NCBI GenBank assembly: GCA_003990765.1
Contig: RBNJ01000014.1
Location: 1-64,000 of the forward strand
Length of the DNA: 64,000 nucleotides
Source: Jimgerdemannia flammicorona
Taxonomy: Eukaryota
Reading direction: 5' to 3'
The notes below the pieces were generated by a model that saw nothing but the letters and a program-made list of their open reading frames with translations, was not told the origin of the DNA and ran no database searches. The translations under genes were made by a program, and so were the position numbers. Each line of letters opens with the position of its first letter. Positions within the stretch are counted from its first letter, which is position 1. This document shows positions 37,291-51,924 of this stretch, one piece after another.

Positions 37291-37861
37291 TTAGTCATTA
37301 TCTTAGTATGGGTAAAGCATCTTTTTCATCAATACCTGTTCTATCATCTTCTTCATCAATACCTGTTCCATCATCTTCTTCATCAATACCTGTTCCATCA
37401 TCTTCATCATCTATACCATGGTTGCTCTATTCTAAGGATTCTTCTTCTTCTTCTAAGAATAGAATTTTGACAGCATTGATGATGCTCAGGTAGATGGCTA
37501 GGTTCATTCCTCATACATCATACCAGGAGAATTGTGCTTGTATCAGGGCTGCAGGGTTTTGTTTATAAAGGGTGTAAAGTCAATCTGCAACAGAAACATC
37601 TCTCCTTGATAGTCCTGTGGTGTTTCTGATATATGTCTGTTTGGGGACTGAGAGGTTCTACAATTATTCTCTAATTACATAATGGGCCTGAAGTTGGTGG
37701 ACCTATAGCAATTGTCTGGCCAGGACAAGATTCTCTTGATGAATCTAGATCTTCCAGAGAGTGTTTCCATTGACTTCTTGAAATTGGAGTAGAGGAACTA
37801 GCAGTGATTGAAATGAGCTAAGGACAAGAGTCTGAAGGCAGTTGCCAACTCTCTAATTCAT
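37291..37861 (-). pseudogene. ORF3 of element 2, with a 27-bp tandem expansion (DDGTGIDEE x3)
   Basis: Homologous to 5875-6387: HQENL, RNTTGL, LYTLYKQNPAALIQAQFS. Confidence 0.72.
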
Positions 37862-40800
37862 AATGTGGGGAAAGGTATATCTTGAGGCAATTGATGTATA
37901 CTAGTGTCTTCAGAGTTCATCTATCTATGATTCTTAAATAGATGCTGGTTCCTCTGATATTGTGTACAAGATAAGGTCCTTCCCATTTGGGCTCCAATTT
38001 GGCAGCAAAGTTTGTTTTAATTATGCTTCTCCAAATTAGTACTTGATCTCCAATCTTGATCTTCTGATTCTTCTGTTTCTAGTCATAGTATTTCTTTTAT
38101 CTTTCTTGGGCTTTGGTACTCTGAACTCAGGCCTGATTACATAACTATTCTGCCTTCTTAAGGAGATCTCTGAGATTCTCATGGTCAGTAGTTCTGGTTT
38201 TCTTAGCAAACATCATTTCGAATGACTTTTGCTTGGTAGAGGTAGTAGGGGTGTTCTGAATTCCCCAAAGGATCTCAGGTAAGCAGAGGTCCCAGTTAGT
38301 AGGATTGATCTAAGCAAGTCCTTTCTTAATGGTCTGGTTCATTCTTTCTGTCATACCATTAGTCTGTGAGTGATATAAGGTGGTCTATTTGAGGTAAATC
38401 TTGTGAATTTGGGCATAACTTGTGATTATATTATTGATGAATTCTGTATCTTGGTCAGAGATAAGTTCTTCTGGGGGTCCATATCTGAGTGTGAGTCCAT
38501 GGAGAAGGCCTACAATGGTCAAGGTATCTGTGATTTCTATTGGGAAAGCCTCAGGCCACTTGGTCAGATGTTCTACAAATATAAGGATATACTTGTTTCT
38601 TCTTGGTGTAACTGGTAGAGGTCCAATTATACCTACTCCCCATCTCTGAAAGATGTTGTCTGGTGGTGTGATTGGTTGTAATGATGCTTGGTAGTTCTTC
38701 CTTCCTTGGTACTTCTGGCAGGTATCATATTTCTTGAGTATATCTCAGACTTGTATTCTGAGATGGGGCCAATATTGGTATATTATTTGTAACTTCTCTT
38801 CTATATTTTCCTGTCCCTGATGGGCTTTCTGATGTTCTTTTCAGATGAGATCTTCTTGTGCCTTGATGGTCTGAGGAGCTTCCTTTAGAGTATGGTTCCT
38901 TGGGACACCCTTCTTCTGGTTCATTGGGGCTTGCGGGAAAGTACATCAACATTGTTGTAAGCTTTCCCTGCTTTGTGAATAATGGTGATTTTGTAATCCT
39001 GGAGGATAAGGATCCAACAGACCAAGATTCCAGTAGGTTTCTTACAGTTAAATAGCCATTTGAGGGCTGTATAATCTGTGATCAGAGTGAACCTTTTTCC
39101 AATAAAGTAATTCTTGAACAGAGTGACTACCCATATAACTGCAAGACATTCTAGTTTGATGCTACCATAGTTCATTTGCTGCTGATTGGTAGCTCTGCTT
39201 GCATAAGCTATTATATAGTATTGTTGATCAGGTCCTTCTTGGGTTAGAACTGCTCCAAGGCTATCTTTGGAAGCATCTATATACAAGATGAATGGCTTCT
39301 GTAGATTGGGGCACACAAGGATTAGTGCTGTGGTCATGTAGTTCTTGAGTTCCTTGAAGGCTTTTTCTTATGATTCTGTCTATTTGTAAGGTACTCCTTT
39401 CTTGAGAAGGACTCAGATGAGGGCAGCAATCTGAGCAAAGTTCTTGATAAACCTTCTGTAGTAGGATACTAGCATCAGAAATGATAATGTTTCCTTTGGG
39501 GTCTTGGGTACTGGCCAGTTGTTGATCTTCTCAGTTTTCTTTGGGTCTGCATGAGTTCCTTCTTTCAAAACTATGAATCTAAGGAATTTGAATTTCTGTT
39601 TTCCAAAATAGCATCTCTTAGCATTGAGTCTCAGGTGGTTCTTGCAGGTGAGCTTGAAGAATTCCTCTAAATGGTGCAAGTGTTCTTTGAAGTTTGCTGA
39701 ATAGATGTTTGAATCATTTATATATACAATCAGACAGTAGTGGATCAAGGGGGCATAGACTGAATTCATCATCCTCTGAAAGGTAAGGAGTATATTGTAA
39801 AGTCTAAAGAGCATTTAGAGGTATTCAAACAGTTTTTCCAGGGCAAGGAAGGCTGTCTTTTGAATGTTTTGGAGGTCCATGGGGATCTCATAGAATTCTG
39901 CAAAAAGGTCCATGCTGCTGAAGTATCTCACATCTTGTAGTTGATCGAAGAGATCATTAATTCTGGGCAAAGGATAGGCATCCTTTTTGGTGACTGAATT
40001 GAGTTTTCTATAATCTACACAGAGTCTCTATCCTCTTTTCTTTAGCACAATAAGTATAGGACTGACCCAGGGGCTGGTAGAGGGTCAGATGACTCTATTG
40101 TCTAAGAGTTCTTGAATATGCTCCTTTTTGAATATTTTTAGGTATTAGGGTATTCTATAGGGTTTCTACCAGATGGGTGTTGCATTTCCTGTATTGATGC
40201 TGTAGTGATATGATGGATTATATGGCAGGTTGCCATAATTAGTGGTGAAGATATCTTGATATTTATTAAGAAGTTTCACTAGTTGTTGCTGTTGTTAATT
40301 CCTCTTCAATGTTGGTGGAAGGCTTCACTGTCTCCTGGGTCGCAGAGGGGCCTTTCCTTTCTTCTGGGATCTTTTGCCATTTCCCAATAGGTTTAGTTCA
40401 TTAACTTCTCTATGAGTTTAGTTAAGAAAAGACACCAGGTGTCCTATGATGGTTCCTTTTGGCAAGATGATGGTTTTCCAACTTTGGTTGATTGCTCAAA
40501 GTGCACCAAGTTCATCTTGTCAGAGAATGTGTGTCCTTCTATATCCAAGTGTGGGATATCTTCATTGGGTTTAAAGAAAAGGTTCCTGGGTCAGGTGGTA
40601 CAAAGATTTCAAAGGTAGTTTGTTCTCCAGGCTCCAGAATGAGATTCTTGTGCAGTTTGACTAGTTGGCAGTACACTTGCTGGGGAACATTCCTCTTGAG
40701 GTGGTTGACTTGAAAGAGATGTACTTTCTTCTTATCTGAGCTCCCAATTCCTTTGGCTTGTCTTGTTCCTTCAGTTAGTTCAGAGACTTCTTGTAATTGT

Positions 40801-43800
40801 GGAGTCTTAACCTTCATGAAGACTGCTTGGGCAATCTTCTGTCCTCTAATGATTCAGTGCCATTCTGTACTACTGTTGTGTAGAATAACCTTGATTTTGC
40901 CTATATATCCTGGGTCAATAGTTCCTTCTTCTATAGTTATTCCTTATCTGGCAAGTCCAGACCTTGAGTTCAATTAGATGTAAGCTCTTTGGAGTGATTA
41001 TATGGCTAGTCTGGTTCTAATTATGAATGTTTTTCCAGGCTTAATAGATTTATCCTCCAGACTGTGAAGATCATATCCTATATCTTATGGGTGTGCTTTG
41101 GTTTGGGGTTTGGCCTTGAGATATAGCAGGGTATACTGGGCAACATTCTTGCTAAGTTTGGCCTATTCTTGAGCTAAGGCTCCACTGGCAGAGAGTCTCC
41201 AGGCTCTGAGGTTGAGGTGTGGCCACCTGACTCCAGTAGAGGAGTCTCAGAGATAGTTGATTCCTCTTCTTCCTATAGGGTCTAGGGCTTCCATGAAGTT
41301 GGTGGCATCTTCTACCCATTCTTGGTAGGTTGTATGTCTGATGAGAGCTAGGATGTCTTCTCCTAAATAGTAGATCTTGAGGGTCCTTCTTTCTGGCTTT
41401 TTGGTCTGGCTTTTTCAGATCTGGCTTCAGTTATCTCCTCTCTTCAAAGTGTGGATTGCAATATCATGACTGAGATGGATCTTCTGGTGTCTACAGTCTC
41501 AGCAATCTGGGTGTCTTCCATAGTTGCAATATTCCATTACTTGGAAATGATGTTCTCAGTTATTGATCTCTTGTTGTCTCAGGAATTGGTACCCATCTTG
41601 GTCATAAGTTGGTGGAAGAGTAGACAAGGGGTATACTTCTGTCCAGGTGAAGAGGCCTTGTCCTCTGAATCAGCTTTGCAACTTAGTGGTAACTTCTTAA
41701 AAGGTAGTTGACTGTGCAATTGTGTTCAGGGGTTCTGGTCTCTGGGGTCTCTATCTCTCCTGTTGGTCTAGTAGATGGTACTGATAGCAATAGTCTTGGG
41801 GAGAGTGGAAGACCATTTGGTGTAGACATCTTTCTAGCCAAAAAGCCTTTTCTTGATGAGTTTCTTTCTTGGGGATAATGGTGATTATGCTGGGTCCTTC
41901 TTCCATATTCCAAGGGTCATTGTCTTCAGGTAGTGTCCAGTGAGAGTTATCTCAGGGAATTGGTTCGGAGACTTCTTCCTCTTCAGATACTTCTTGTTCA
42001 GGAACTTCTTGGTCAGGAACTTCAGATGATTCTTATCTCCAAATTGCTTACACTTCTGTAGCTTCAGCTACAGGTATTTCTAGAGTATGTCAGCATTTAT
42101 TCTTCTTCTTTCTGCACTCAGGGCAGGCTGACCCAGGCGAATTCCTTTTCTCAATGATCTTGGAGGAATGCTCAGGACACTTGTATCTCTTGAGGCAGAT
42201 AGGGTATCCTTTGATTTCTCCTGCAATGGCTCCAATGGTGATAGGGATGGTGTTCTTGGCCCACACATTGTCTTCTGGTCTGTCATCCACCAGATTAATT
42301 TGGGGATTGAGTCTGGGATTATTTCCATTTTCAGATTCTTCCTCTTCTTCTGTGGTAGATTTGTCACTACTGGTATATTTCTTCTGAATAGTGACCTCCT
42401 TCTTCTTCTTTGATTACTCATAGCTGATCATCTTAACTCTATACTTCTTGCATTGGTAGTCAAACTTGAGTACCTATTGACTGATGTCAACAACTGTATT
42501 CATTTCCTTCATCTAGTTGATACCAAGAATTATGTCATAGGTAACAACTTTAGTGACAACAGCTTTCAAAATAGAGAACTGAATGTGTCCAAGAGAGATA
42601 GTGATATTTCATACTTCTCCAAGAAGTTGAGTTCAGGCTCCATCTGCTACTATAATGCTGAGGTTGGATAGTCCATCAATGGGCCATTAGAGGGTGTCCA
42701 GGAACTATTTGGCAATGATACAGATAGCTGCTACTATATCTATGAGGATTTTTGCCTTTTGTCCTCCAATATCTCCATGTAGGTAGGTGCTGACATGTCT
42801 TTCAGCTGCTTGGACTGGGATGGAAACTGGTTCTTGCTGTAGTATTGGAACTTGGCCAGTACTAGATCTGGTGGTTCTCAGTAATTTGTTTCAGACTCTA
42901 GCTGGTATCAGTTGCAGGAACTGCAGGAGAGGGACTTCCATCTTGGTCTCTTGAATCTTCTACCAGGCTTCATTGTAGATATCTCTAGGCATAGTCTTTG
43001 GGGTGTACTTCTTCTTGGGCTTTGAAGTAGCAGGTTCCCATTCTTCTTGTTCCATTTCTTCATTCTCTAGTAGTAGCTTATTTGTCTTGGAGACAAAAGG
43101 TGAAGGAGTCTGGAGAGATATTTCTACTTGTTCCTCTTCATGTTCTTTGTCTTCCTTTTGGATGATTCTTCTGCTGATATTCCTGGATGGTCTTCCTATA
43201 GATCTCTTCCTTTTCTCTGCTGGATAGACTGTTTTCTGAGTAGTAATCTTGGTAGGGTACAAGTCTAGGTCACTGTAGTCTTCACTATTACTTATTTTCT
43301 CGAAATCTTCAATAGGATGAGCTTCAGTCTTTTTGTACTGAGTATCATTTCTTTAGTTTGATTATTCTGAGTCTCTTCAGTTACTTCTTTTGTTATCATA
43401 TTCAGTAGTATAGTGTCTAAATTGTCTATAGTAGAAGCATTGGACTTGAGCTCTGTCTCAGACAGAGTATCTTCTTTCTTCTTACTGGTAATTCCTGTTA
43501 TCTCTTGGTAGATAACATTGGCTCCTCTGTGGTGGGTATCCTCTGTTGTCTTGGTAGCTCCAATTTTCACATTTGGTGAGTTTTTCAATCTGTCCAATCA
43601 ATTGGTCCAACTTGGAGCTGAGGTCTTAGATTTTGCTTCTGTCTTTCTTTCCTTCTTTGGCTGGCCTTCTTTATTCAGATCTTTCTTGTCCTTGAAGGAG
43701 TCCTTGTAGGGCTTTGACCAGGATGTCTTGTTTATCTTCTTTCTTATCATAATCACTCCAGATAGTTCCTTGTCTAACATTGAAGAATTCTTGGACTGCA

Positions 43801-44789
43801 TCTACTTGCTCTTCAGACCTTCTGATACCTAGGGTATAGACATGCTGAGCAATGTTTGGGGGAATCCCATTCATGAAGGTCATTGGACCTATGATGTCCT
43901 GGTTGGTGGCATTGAACCTGGCAGTATGCATTCTCTTCTGGATTCTTATGAAGAAGGCTCTGAGCGATTCTCTAAGATTCATCTTCATCTCCATGATAGA
44001 TTCTTAAGACTTATAGTGGGTTTCATTTCCTGCATACTTTTCAATGAGTCAGTGAACCATGGCCACATATTCTAGCTCATAAGATAGTACTGCTTGTATC
44101 TGTCTTGCCAGTTCTGAATTTGGGTCATTTGCTATTTAGTGGAAAATTCCTCTGGCTGGTTCTCTGAGCTGGGCCTTATAGATGGTGATTTTTCTTTCAT
44201 CTGAAAGGTTCCTCAGGGCTGCAATTCCTTCAATTCCATCAAGGAATTCTCTGGAGTCTTCCTCTGGATATCCTGCAAAGGTTGGCAATGAGATGGCCAT
44301 TTTATTATCACTTTCTTCTGATTCTGGTTCTGGTCTGGATTCTGATTCTGATTTACTTTCTAAGCTGTCACTGGAGATAGGGGTGCTTGGGTATCCTGAG
44401 GATGGTGTTCTGGACCTTAGATGAAGTAGAATGAGTCTAGGTATTCTTGTAGGAGCTACTTCCAATTCTGTAAGAGCTTGTGGTAAAGGTTCTATTGATG
44501 AGATTGATGGGACTGGTATGGAGTATCTGGCTGTAAGATCTTGGGCTTATGTAATAAGATCTTCTAGTTCTTGTGCAAGTTCTTCAAAATCTCCAACAGG
44601 GCCACCTGTATTGTCTGATTGATCTGGTTGGAGATTTTAGGCTATACTGGCTTCTGGTTCTGGTTGGGATCCTTCTGATGCTGGGTAATTGGCAAGTCTT
44701 GAGGTGATTACTTCTCTTCCTGTCCAGATACTGGTGATAACTAGTTCTCCTGTGGTGACAGAGATTAGTATTATATCAAATATATCCAG
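37818..44789 (-). pseudogene. gag-pol of element 2 including dUTPase (~40737-41140)
   Basis: Same motifs and order as element 1, with more stops. Confidence 0.93.
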
Positions 44790-44857
44790 TTTAACTGTGG
44801 GTTCTTATGAGCTAGAAAGTTACATCAATTTGAAATCTTCCCAGTTAAGCCCCCAAA

Positions 44858-46237
44858 TATAATGTGTCTGGCTCAATGGAGGCAAATTACAAGGTTGGGG
44901 ATTGATGTAGTTTGGCTTGAGCCCCCAGTTACTTTGCTAAAAGTAACAAAATGTTCTGAGATTTCTGAGGTCCTTGGTGGTATTTAGTGGTATAATAGTC
45001 AAAGTTAGATTTCTGCAAGCAATTTCCTTATTGAGATGGTTCTCTGAGTGTAGCAGTGATTTGTATGTGAATGGGTTTTCTTCTTGGGTCAATCTAGGAA
45101 TTGGTAGAATTTCATATATAGTGTGACAATCTCTGTGCGTGACAGTATAGCAATTTAGTGGTTCTCCTTCTTAAGTAGTAATCTCCAAAAGTATACAATT
45201 TCTGCATGACAATCTCTGTATAGCGTGAACAGGTTCCTTATGCAGTGGAATCTGGAAATTAGTGGTTTCCTTATGTGGTTTTGGCAGATGACTCAGTTTG
45301 GCATGAATTCTTCTAAATCAGTAGTTTGGGAATAAAAAATGGCATAGATTCTCCTTACTGGGAATTATACTGGTGGCAGGTTACTCAATAACTCAGACTC
45401 ACTGAGAATAACAAATAACTCAGATGTTGCAGATAATTCTGATAATTCAGGTAACTTAGATGTTGCAGATTCTTCTGATAACTTGAGTAACTCAGATATC
45501 ATAGATTTTTCCTAAATTAGCAGCTTCAACTGGGAATATGAATAACTGGAGGCTTTGGAAAAGGGTCTCTTGGCAAAATTATATCAAAGACTGGCTTCAT
45601 TTGTACAAATGGATTTACTGCAAAGTTGTATTAGAAACTGGCTTGAGTAAGGCAGCTTTCTCTTAGGCTTTCTGGGAATGCAAATAACTTAGAAATAGTG
45701 GCTTATTCCTTAAGCAGCAGATTATTCAAATGGTGGTGAAGTTCTCCTTAAACTTGGTGGCAAACTTCAGGCTTATCTAGCAAGCAAACCAAAAACAAAC
45801 TTGTTCTTTATATCAGAAAGTAGACTGAAGTAGAGAAATAAGCTCACAATCTCCTAGTAGTGGCTGTAGAGTTCCTCTCAAAGTGTGGTAGGCAGACTTG
45901 TCTTTTGCTTTAAATTTTGAACTGAGGTTTATTTACTCTTGTCTCTGGGGTATTTTATATAAGTTGGTTGCTATCTGATTGCTATGTGGCTAACTATAGA
46001 TTTGCTACTTATGGCAAGTTGTGCAGGTCTAGCACAAGTGTGCAGGTCTAGCATAGATGTGTAGGTCCTACATAGATATATCTTGTCTGGTAGTCTGGCT
46101 ATTTATATACTTTTCCACAGCAATTATTGCTATGTCTGGTTACTATACTGTATGTTCACATTATCTGGCTAAGTTACTAAATATTTATATTATCTGGCTA
46201 AGATATGATTCAGGTGGTACAATTTTGATATGTTACA
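44858..46237 (-). repeat. 5' LTR of element 2
   Basis: Follows the PBS; TATAAT (mutated TG)...GTTACA. Confidence 0.93.
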
Positions 46238-46799
46238 ATATATTACATATTTTCCATATTGATATAGTAGAAAGTTATTATATATAGTAGTAAATATATC
46301 TTTGTATTCTTCTATCAACTTCTGTATCTATTATTGCTGATCCTTGGTCAGAGTTGTCTCAATATTGATAGCTTCAATTACTGAGTCTTTCTCTCTGATA
46401 CTATCAGTCTTATTGGAGAGAGCTTGCTATTTCTCAAAAATTCAAAGACTTTCTCTTCATAGGTGTCTATCAGTTGTTTGAAATATTCCAATATTATTTC
46501 TCTGAAAATAGTTATAACTTTGAAGCCCAGGTTTAGATAGGCATATGGATTGGTAATATCTAGTCATAGATTCATTCTTTAGTTAGAAAGAGATAATACT
46601 TTTCTTGAAGTTCTATTGATAGCTTAAATATCAGATTATTGGTATTCACTAGTAGATATATCAAGGCCTCTTTGTTGATATGGTTGAAGGAGGATATCTT
46701 CTCTTACTTGGATTAGGTGGCAGATATGTAATTTTATTTGTCAGAACTGAGCTACTATTTCTAAGTGGACTTCAATAAGTAATGGTTGAAGAGTTCTAT

Positions 46800-47200
46800 T
46801 AGTACTTTCAAAACCTCCTTATCATCTCTTAGTGCTGTCTAGTTGATTCACCTCTTGAATAGTGGACTGTGATGTCTTGATAAACAGAATTTGACAGATG
46901 GCCTCTAAGGGATTGAAGGCTCAGTGGTTTCTACTATTATTACAAATAATGACCTTTAGAGAACCTTGATAATCCTGATCAATGATTTCTCCTTCTACTA
47001 TAATTTCTTTGGCTACCAGAGATAATCTTGATGCTAGTTGTCCATAATATCCAGGTGGTATAGTAAGTGCAATTTGAAGGTCAAAGGTTTTAGTAGTCCT
47101 AGGATAGAGTATTATCTGATAGAGAAGACAGATATCATATCCTACTGATCCTTCTATTTGTATAAGAGGAGGTTGTATCCAAGATGATAGTAGTTTGACT
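46800..47200 (-). pseudogene. dut: dUTPase domain of element 3
   Basis: VGYDI, IPPGYYGQLASRLSL, GEIIDQDYQGSLKVII, ICQI, GGFEST. Confidence 0.88.
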
Positions 47201-50200
47201 TAGATAACTGACTGAGGCTTGAGGAATATTATCAGTAGTTACTACTATAGGTGAGAACTTTATATATTCTAACTTAAAGAATGGCCAATGTACTCCAGTC
47301 TTTAGATTCTTTATATAGTTGAATACAATTTTTCCAAGTAGATCTAAGGCTTCCATAAAGGTGAAGATAAGGTTGACTCCTTATCTATCTTAGTGTGGCC
47401 AGTAATACTAATAAATGATGACAAGAATTTCTAATGGTAGGTCCCAGATAGAGGTCTTGTTCTTAGCTTTATAAGTCTTCTTCATAATTAATCTCTTTGC
47501 ATTTCTGACAGGCCCAGCAAATTTGAGGTTCTTGCAAGATGAGATCCTTCCTCTTGGCTCAACTCTTGTAGATATCTTCACTGAGGTAGACACTTTGATA
47601 TTTATACCAGTAATAGATAAAGGTCTTTCCACAATCACAGTGTCTTTACTTGATGAATTCCTCATTTTGCTGTTTGATTTCCTTACTTATTAGATATCTT
47701 TTTCAATATTTATCATAGGTAGGTAGAGTGACCTAGAGAGCTCAGGTGATAGTATAGATGCTGTTGTTATTGTCTTTAATTGTGAGAGTCTCCAAAGGTT
47801 AGTAAGAGAGAATCTTCTACTCTTCTTTATAGATCTTCTTGAAAGCCTTTGTGGTATATAGTTGTGTTCATCTGAGGACTAAGACTCATTTTAACTTATT
47901 CTTGTCTTTGATTGCTGATATTAGAACCTTTTTGAGATCAAGAATTTGGCAGTTACTACAATCATCTCTTAGTGAGTAGAAACAGTTGTAGTGTTTGCAT
48001 ATACCTAGGCAGAAGGCTCACATAATTTAATTTTCTTTCAGGGGTATAGGTAGTTATATAGATGGTCCTGTAAATTCAAGTACTGCTTCTTCACTAATAG
48101 CCTAATAAATGCTTACTTCTAGGCTTTCAGTATTAATAACTCTAACAAAAAGGTCTTCTTGACTACTTTCAGAATCTCTAGGGGTATCAAAATCACTTTC
48201 TAGTTTTTATAGAAAATTTGCCTCACTTTTATCCTCTATAGTAGTAGATATATTTCTATATCTTTATTATTCAATTTCAGGTCTAACTTGCTCTCCTTGA
48301 TCCTTTTGACTCAATTGGTACCTTGTGCTTTTGTCTATAAAAGGTGAAGACCAGGATTTCTACATTGGCTTCAACTCAGTACAACCAGTTAGTTTTCAAA
48401 ATTAGATCATAGGAGGTTGCCAGGATTATAACAGCTTGAGGTATATTGAGACAGACCTTTCTAACTTGAATTGATATATCTCTAACTAGTCCAAGGAGGG
48501 TAGATGCTAATCTATCTGCCATGATAACTTTTGCTTTAGTTCCTTTATCAATTTCTCACTTAATCCTTTCTAATATTTGCTGAGTAATGATACAAACTAC
48601 TGCTCTAGTATTAACAAGGATTCTGGTATTTTCACTATATACTTTTCTATTAGCTAGCCTTATGGATTGATGTTCTTGATACTGATGTTCATAAACTATA
48701 TAGATAATACTAAGTTCTAATATATATAGTCTTTGGATAGAGATTCTCCTAATATCTACTTTGGTATCCTTCAGAAATTTTTACCTAACTTCTAATGTAT
48801 TCTTGAGAACTTGTTTGGCTATGAGACCTGCATTCTGAGTGTGGAGGTATTCCCAAAGTGATGCTGCTTCATGGGGCTTGTTGTTTCTTTGATATCTAAA
48901 TCTCTTATAGTGGATTCTCTCATTTTTATTGGGCATTTCATCAGCCAAAAACTCTATACTTATATGTTCTTCTTCTTTAAGATCAGGTAGGGAGATACTT
49001 CTTAATACTCTTGATAGGCCAGCTTCTGGTTCAGAGGTATCTCTACTGACTCTCTTGTTCTTCTCCAAAAGAGTATCTAAGGAGGAATGGTCATATCTTA
49101 GATATTTGCCTATAGATATGATTACTGGCAATAGTGGTAGAAGTAGGGTTCTTGAAGGTCTTTCTTGTCCTCTGGTCTGTGTGGGTGCTGCATTCCAAGA
49201 TACCTTAGAGGGAAAGACTTCATAGTATAGGTAGGTATCCTCTTAGTCATAAAGCTAGATAGCTTTATCTTCTATTTCTCAAGTCTCTTTATTCACTTGA
49301 ATGAGATTGATATTTCTATCATTAGATAGAGTTTATTTCTTTGGGCAAAACCTCTAAATATGACTTTGATTTCACAGTTAAATTAAGTTGGGGTATAGGA
49401 ACCTATTATTAATAAACCTACAGTTATAACTAGTAGGGCCTGAGTAGAACTTCTGTTATCTTGCTGTTAGTAGTCAGGTCTATTATCTTAATAATAATCT
49501 TATTATCTTCCCCTTTAATTCTTTAACTGAGCAATTGTAATAATTAGGTCTTTTATTTGTTTAGTAAGTATTGTTATAGGGTCTTTTTAAATTCTTAATA
49601 GAGACTACTGTTGTTACCTATATTGAGTTAGAATTGAAGGTGGGGTCTAGTCTCATAACTGGCCAGCTGGGCTCTTAAATAGATATTTTCTTATTCTATT
49701 GTTATTCCATAAATCCTTGAGAGTTCAGCTTGAGCTGATTCTTGATGTTCTTATACTTTCTGAGATAGTCTATAGTACTTCTCAGCATCCCTATGCTCCA
49801 GTAACTTATTACTCAATATTTTGATAGCTCATCCTAATAACTTGTCTTTGAAGCTCTAGAAATAATCTATTGAGAAAAGTGATTGAGGCTAGGGCTAGTT
49901 AGACTACAGATTGCAAGTTTATCTTAATTATCTGGACTTAAATCTAATGGTAGAAGCCTTTTGGAGTTTCATTAATAGCTTGGCTTATGTAGATCAAAGC
50001 TTCTTATATTTTCTATTAATGCTCAAGACTATTGAACTAAGTGTGAAATCAGGTCTTATGAATATTATATCTTTCTACATGGTCTCCATTTGCTTGAAGA
50101 TGGTTGGCATATTCTACTTTGTAGATGTCTTCTCCAACTTGCTTCACTTGGTTGTACTTTAGTAGAGCAGAGTCTCTCATAAGTGATTCTATGATTCTGA

Positions 50201-51238
50201 GCTTTCTCTGGACATCTCACTACTTGGCAGCTACTTGTACTTCATTTATTCAAAGAATTTCTTTATATCTTTACTATCTGTACTATTGAATTTCTGAAGA
50301 TAGCTTATGTCTGGTTCATCTCCACTGTCTGAGTCTAGTTCTGAAGTAGAGTTTCTTGATAATTCTTATAAAGATAGGGATAGTAGAGATACTTGATGAA
50401 CTGATAGTACTGGTAGATGGCATTGTCTTGGTGAGAGTATAGGGAGTCTGGCCCTTTTAATTAAAACTAGAGTAGGGGTTCTCAGTAGTAGTGGTTCTCT
50501 AATTAAGTAATAGTAATTACTAAATACTGAGGTACTGAGAGAGCTAGAGCTTCTTGTCTCTTATAGATAGTATCAGAATATAAAGAACCAGGGTACTGAG
50601 GTTCTGGTAATTAGAATAGAATTGATATAGCTAATGTTCAGTTTATCTACCTCTTACTATTATAAAGCAACAGAGTTCTATTCATCTTGTCAAGGGTCTA
50701 TATTACTATCTGAGTAGTAATAAAGGTTGAATTTATCTCTTAAGTGGTCTGGTTGAATTTCTCAATCATTATCTTCCTCTTGTTCTGGAAAGTAAGAATA
50801 GTAGTCTTCTTCTCCTTCAGATATTTCAAAATATACTTAATTCAGTAGAGTAGCTTAAGTGATAATAGTAGTAATATAGTCACTTTTGTCTGAATCTCTT
50901 CTGTAGATTATAGTCTGGTATTCTTTAGAAAAATCTTCTTATTCTGGGTCTTAGATCTGAATAAGCTCATATTGTCCTCTGAGTTATCTTCTTTCTCTTA
51001 AGGTCAAACTATAATCTGTATCACTTCTTTCTTCTGATTTGGTTTTCTAACTACTAGTTCTAAATAGAGTGAGGACAGTCCTGACAATAGTGTGGACTTC
51101 TCTTTCTGAAGTAGGCTGTTATTGGCCCTGGTCTTGCTGCTGACTAGTTTCTCCTGAATTCTTCACCATAGATGGCTACTGGGTTCTTGAGCCAAATGAT
51201 CAAGTCTTTTAGAAATCTTTCCCAGTTGAGCCCTCAAA

Positions 51239-51910
51239 TGTGATATGTAATTTGTATCTCTTATTGCTCCTATATAGCTCAATGTACCTCTAAATTATCT
51301 ATATACTATCTCTTGTTTATTTCTTAACAGTATTTCTGGCTCAATATTTATATCAACTGCTATTCAGTTTGTTTGCATTCATAATAAGTTGAAGTTTGCA
51401 CATCTCAAGTCATTGATCACATAACTGAGTATTTAGTTTATATATCAAAAGATCATTTACTTATATTGTATATTATTCTTAATTTTCCTAGTGAGTAGGC
51501 AATTCTAGTAACTTTGACTGAGTTTCCTAGATCTTGTATCTAATTTCTGTAGCAGCTTTAACTGACTGACTTGTATCTTGAATATATAGTCTTGATCTTA
51601 TATCTTAAGTTCTACAGTGATAAGAATAATTCTTCAACTCTTAGAGTCTTTTTCCAAAGTTCTTATACTTGACTTTCTTATCTTTCAGAACTTAAGTTGG
51701 TATTGTAAACAAACTGACTGAGGTTTATTTACTATAGATTAGGGGATATTTATATAGTTTTTTAGACTATATATAAGACTAGATAATTAGTTGTAACTCA
51801 TAATTACTAAAAGATACTAATTAGCATAGTTTTGGAATTCAGATAACTAACTAACTAAATAAGGCTAATTTTATATTTGTGATGAATTGGACTAGTTAAT
51901 ATATAGTCAC
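51239..51910 (-). repeat. 5' LTR of element 3 (right boundary uncertain)
   Basis: TG start directly after the PBS; shares the GACTGAGGTTTATT...GGGG..ATTTATA block with the other LTRs. Confidence 0.65.
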
Positions 51911-51924
51911 TGTTTGTCCAACTA

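Larger units (their letters stand above)
35871..46237 (-). mobile_element. Ty3/gypsy element 2, full length, sister subfamily of element 1
   Basis: Paired 1380-bp LTRs and TSD ATAT. Removing it restores GKYVIYIGDAKPI of element 3. Internal region collinear with element 1. Confidence 0.96.
33193..51910 (-). mobile_element. Older Ty3/gypsy element 3 (divergent family), split by element 2, 3' LTR missing
   Basis: IN/RH/RT at 33400-35870 (WRLFVDFRNLN, PFGLCNAP); dUTPase at 46800-47200; PR near 48600; PBS at ~51219-51236; LTR from 51239 (right end approximate). Confidence 0.85.
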
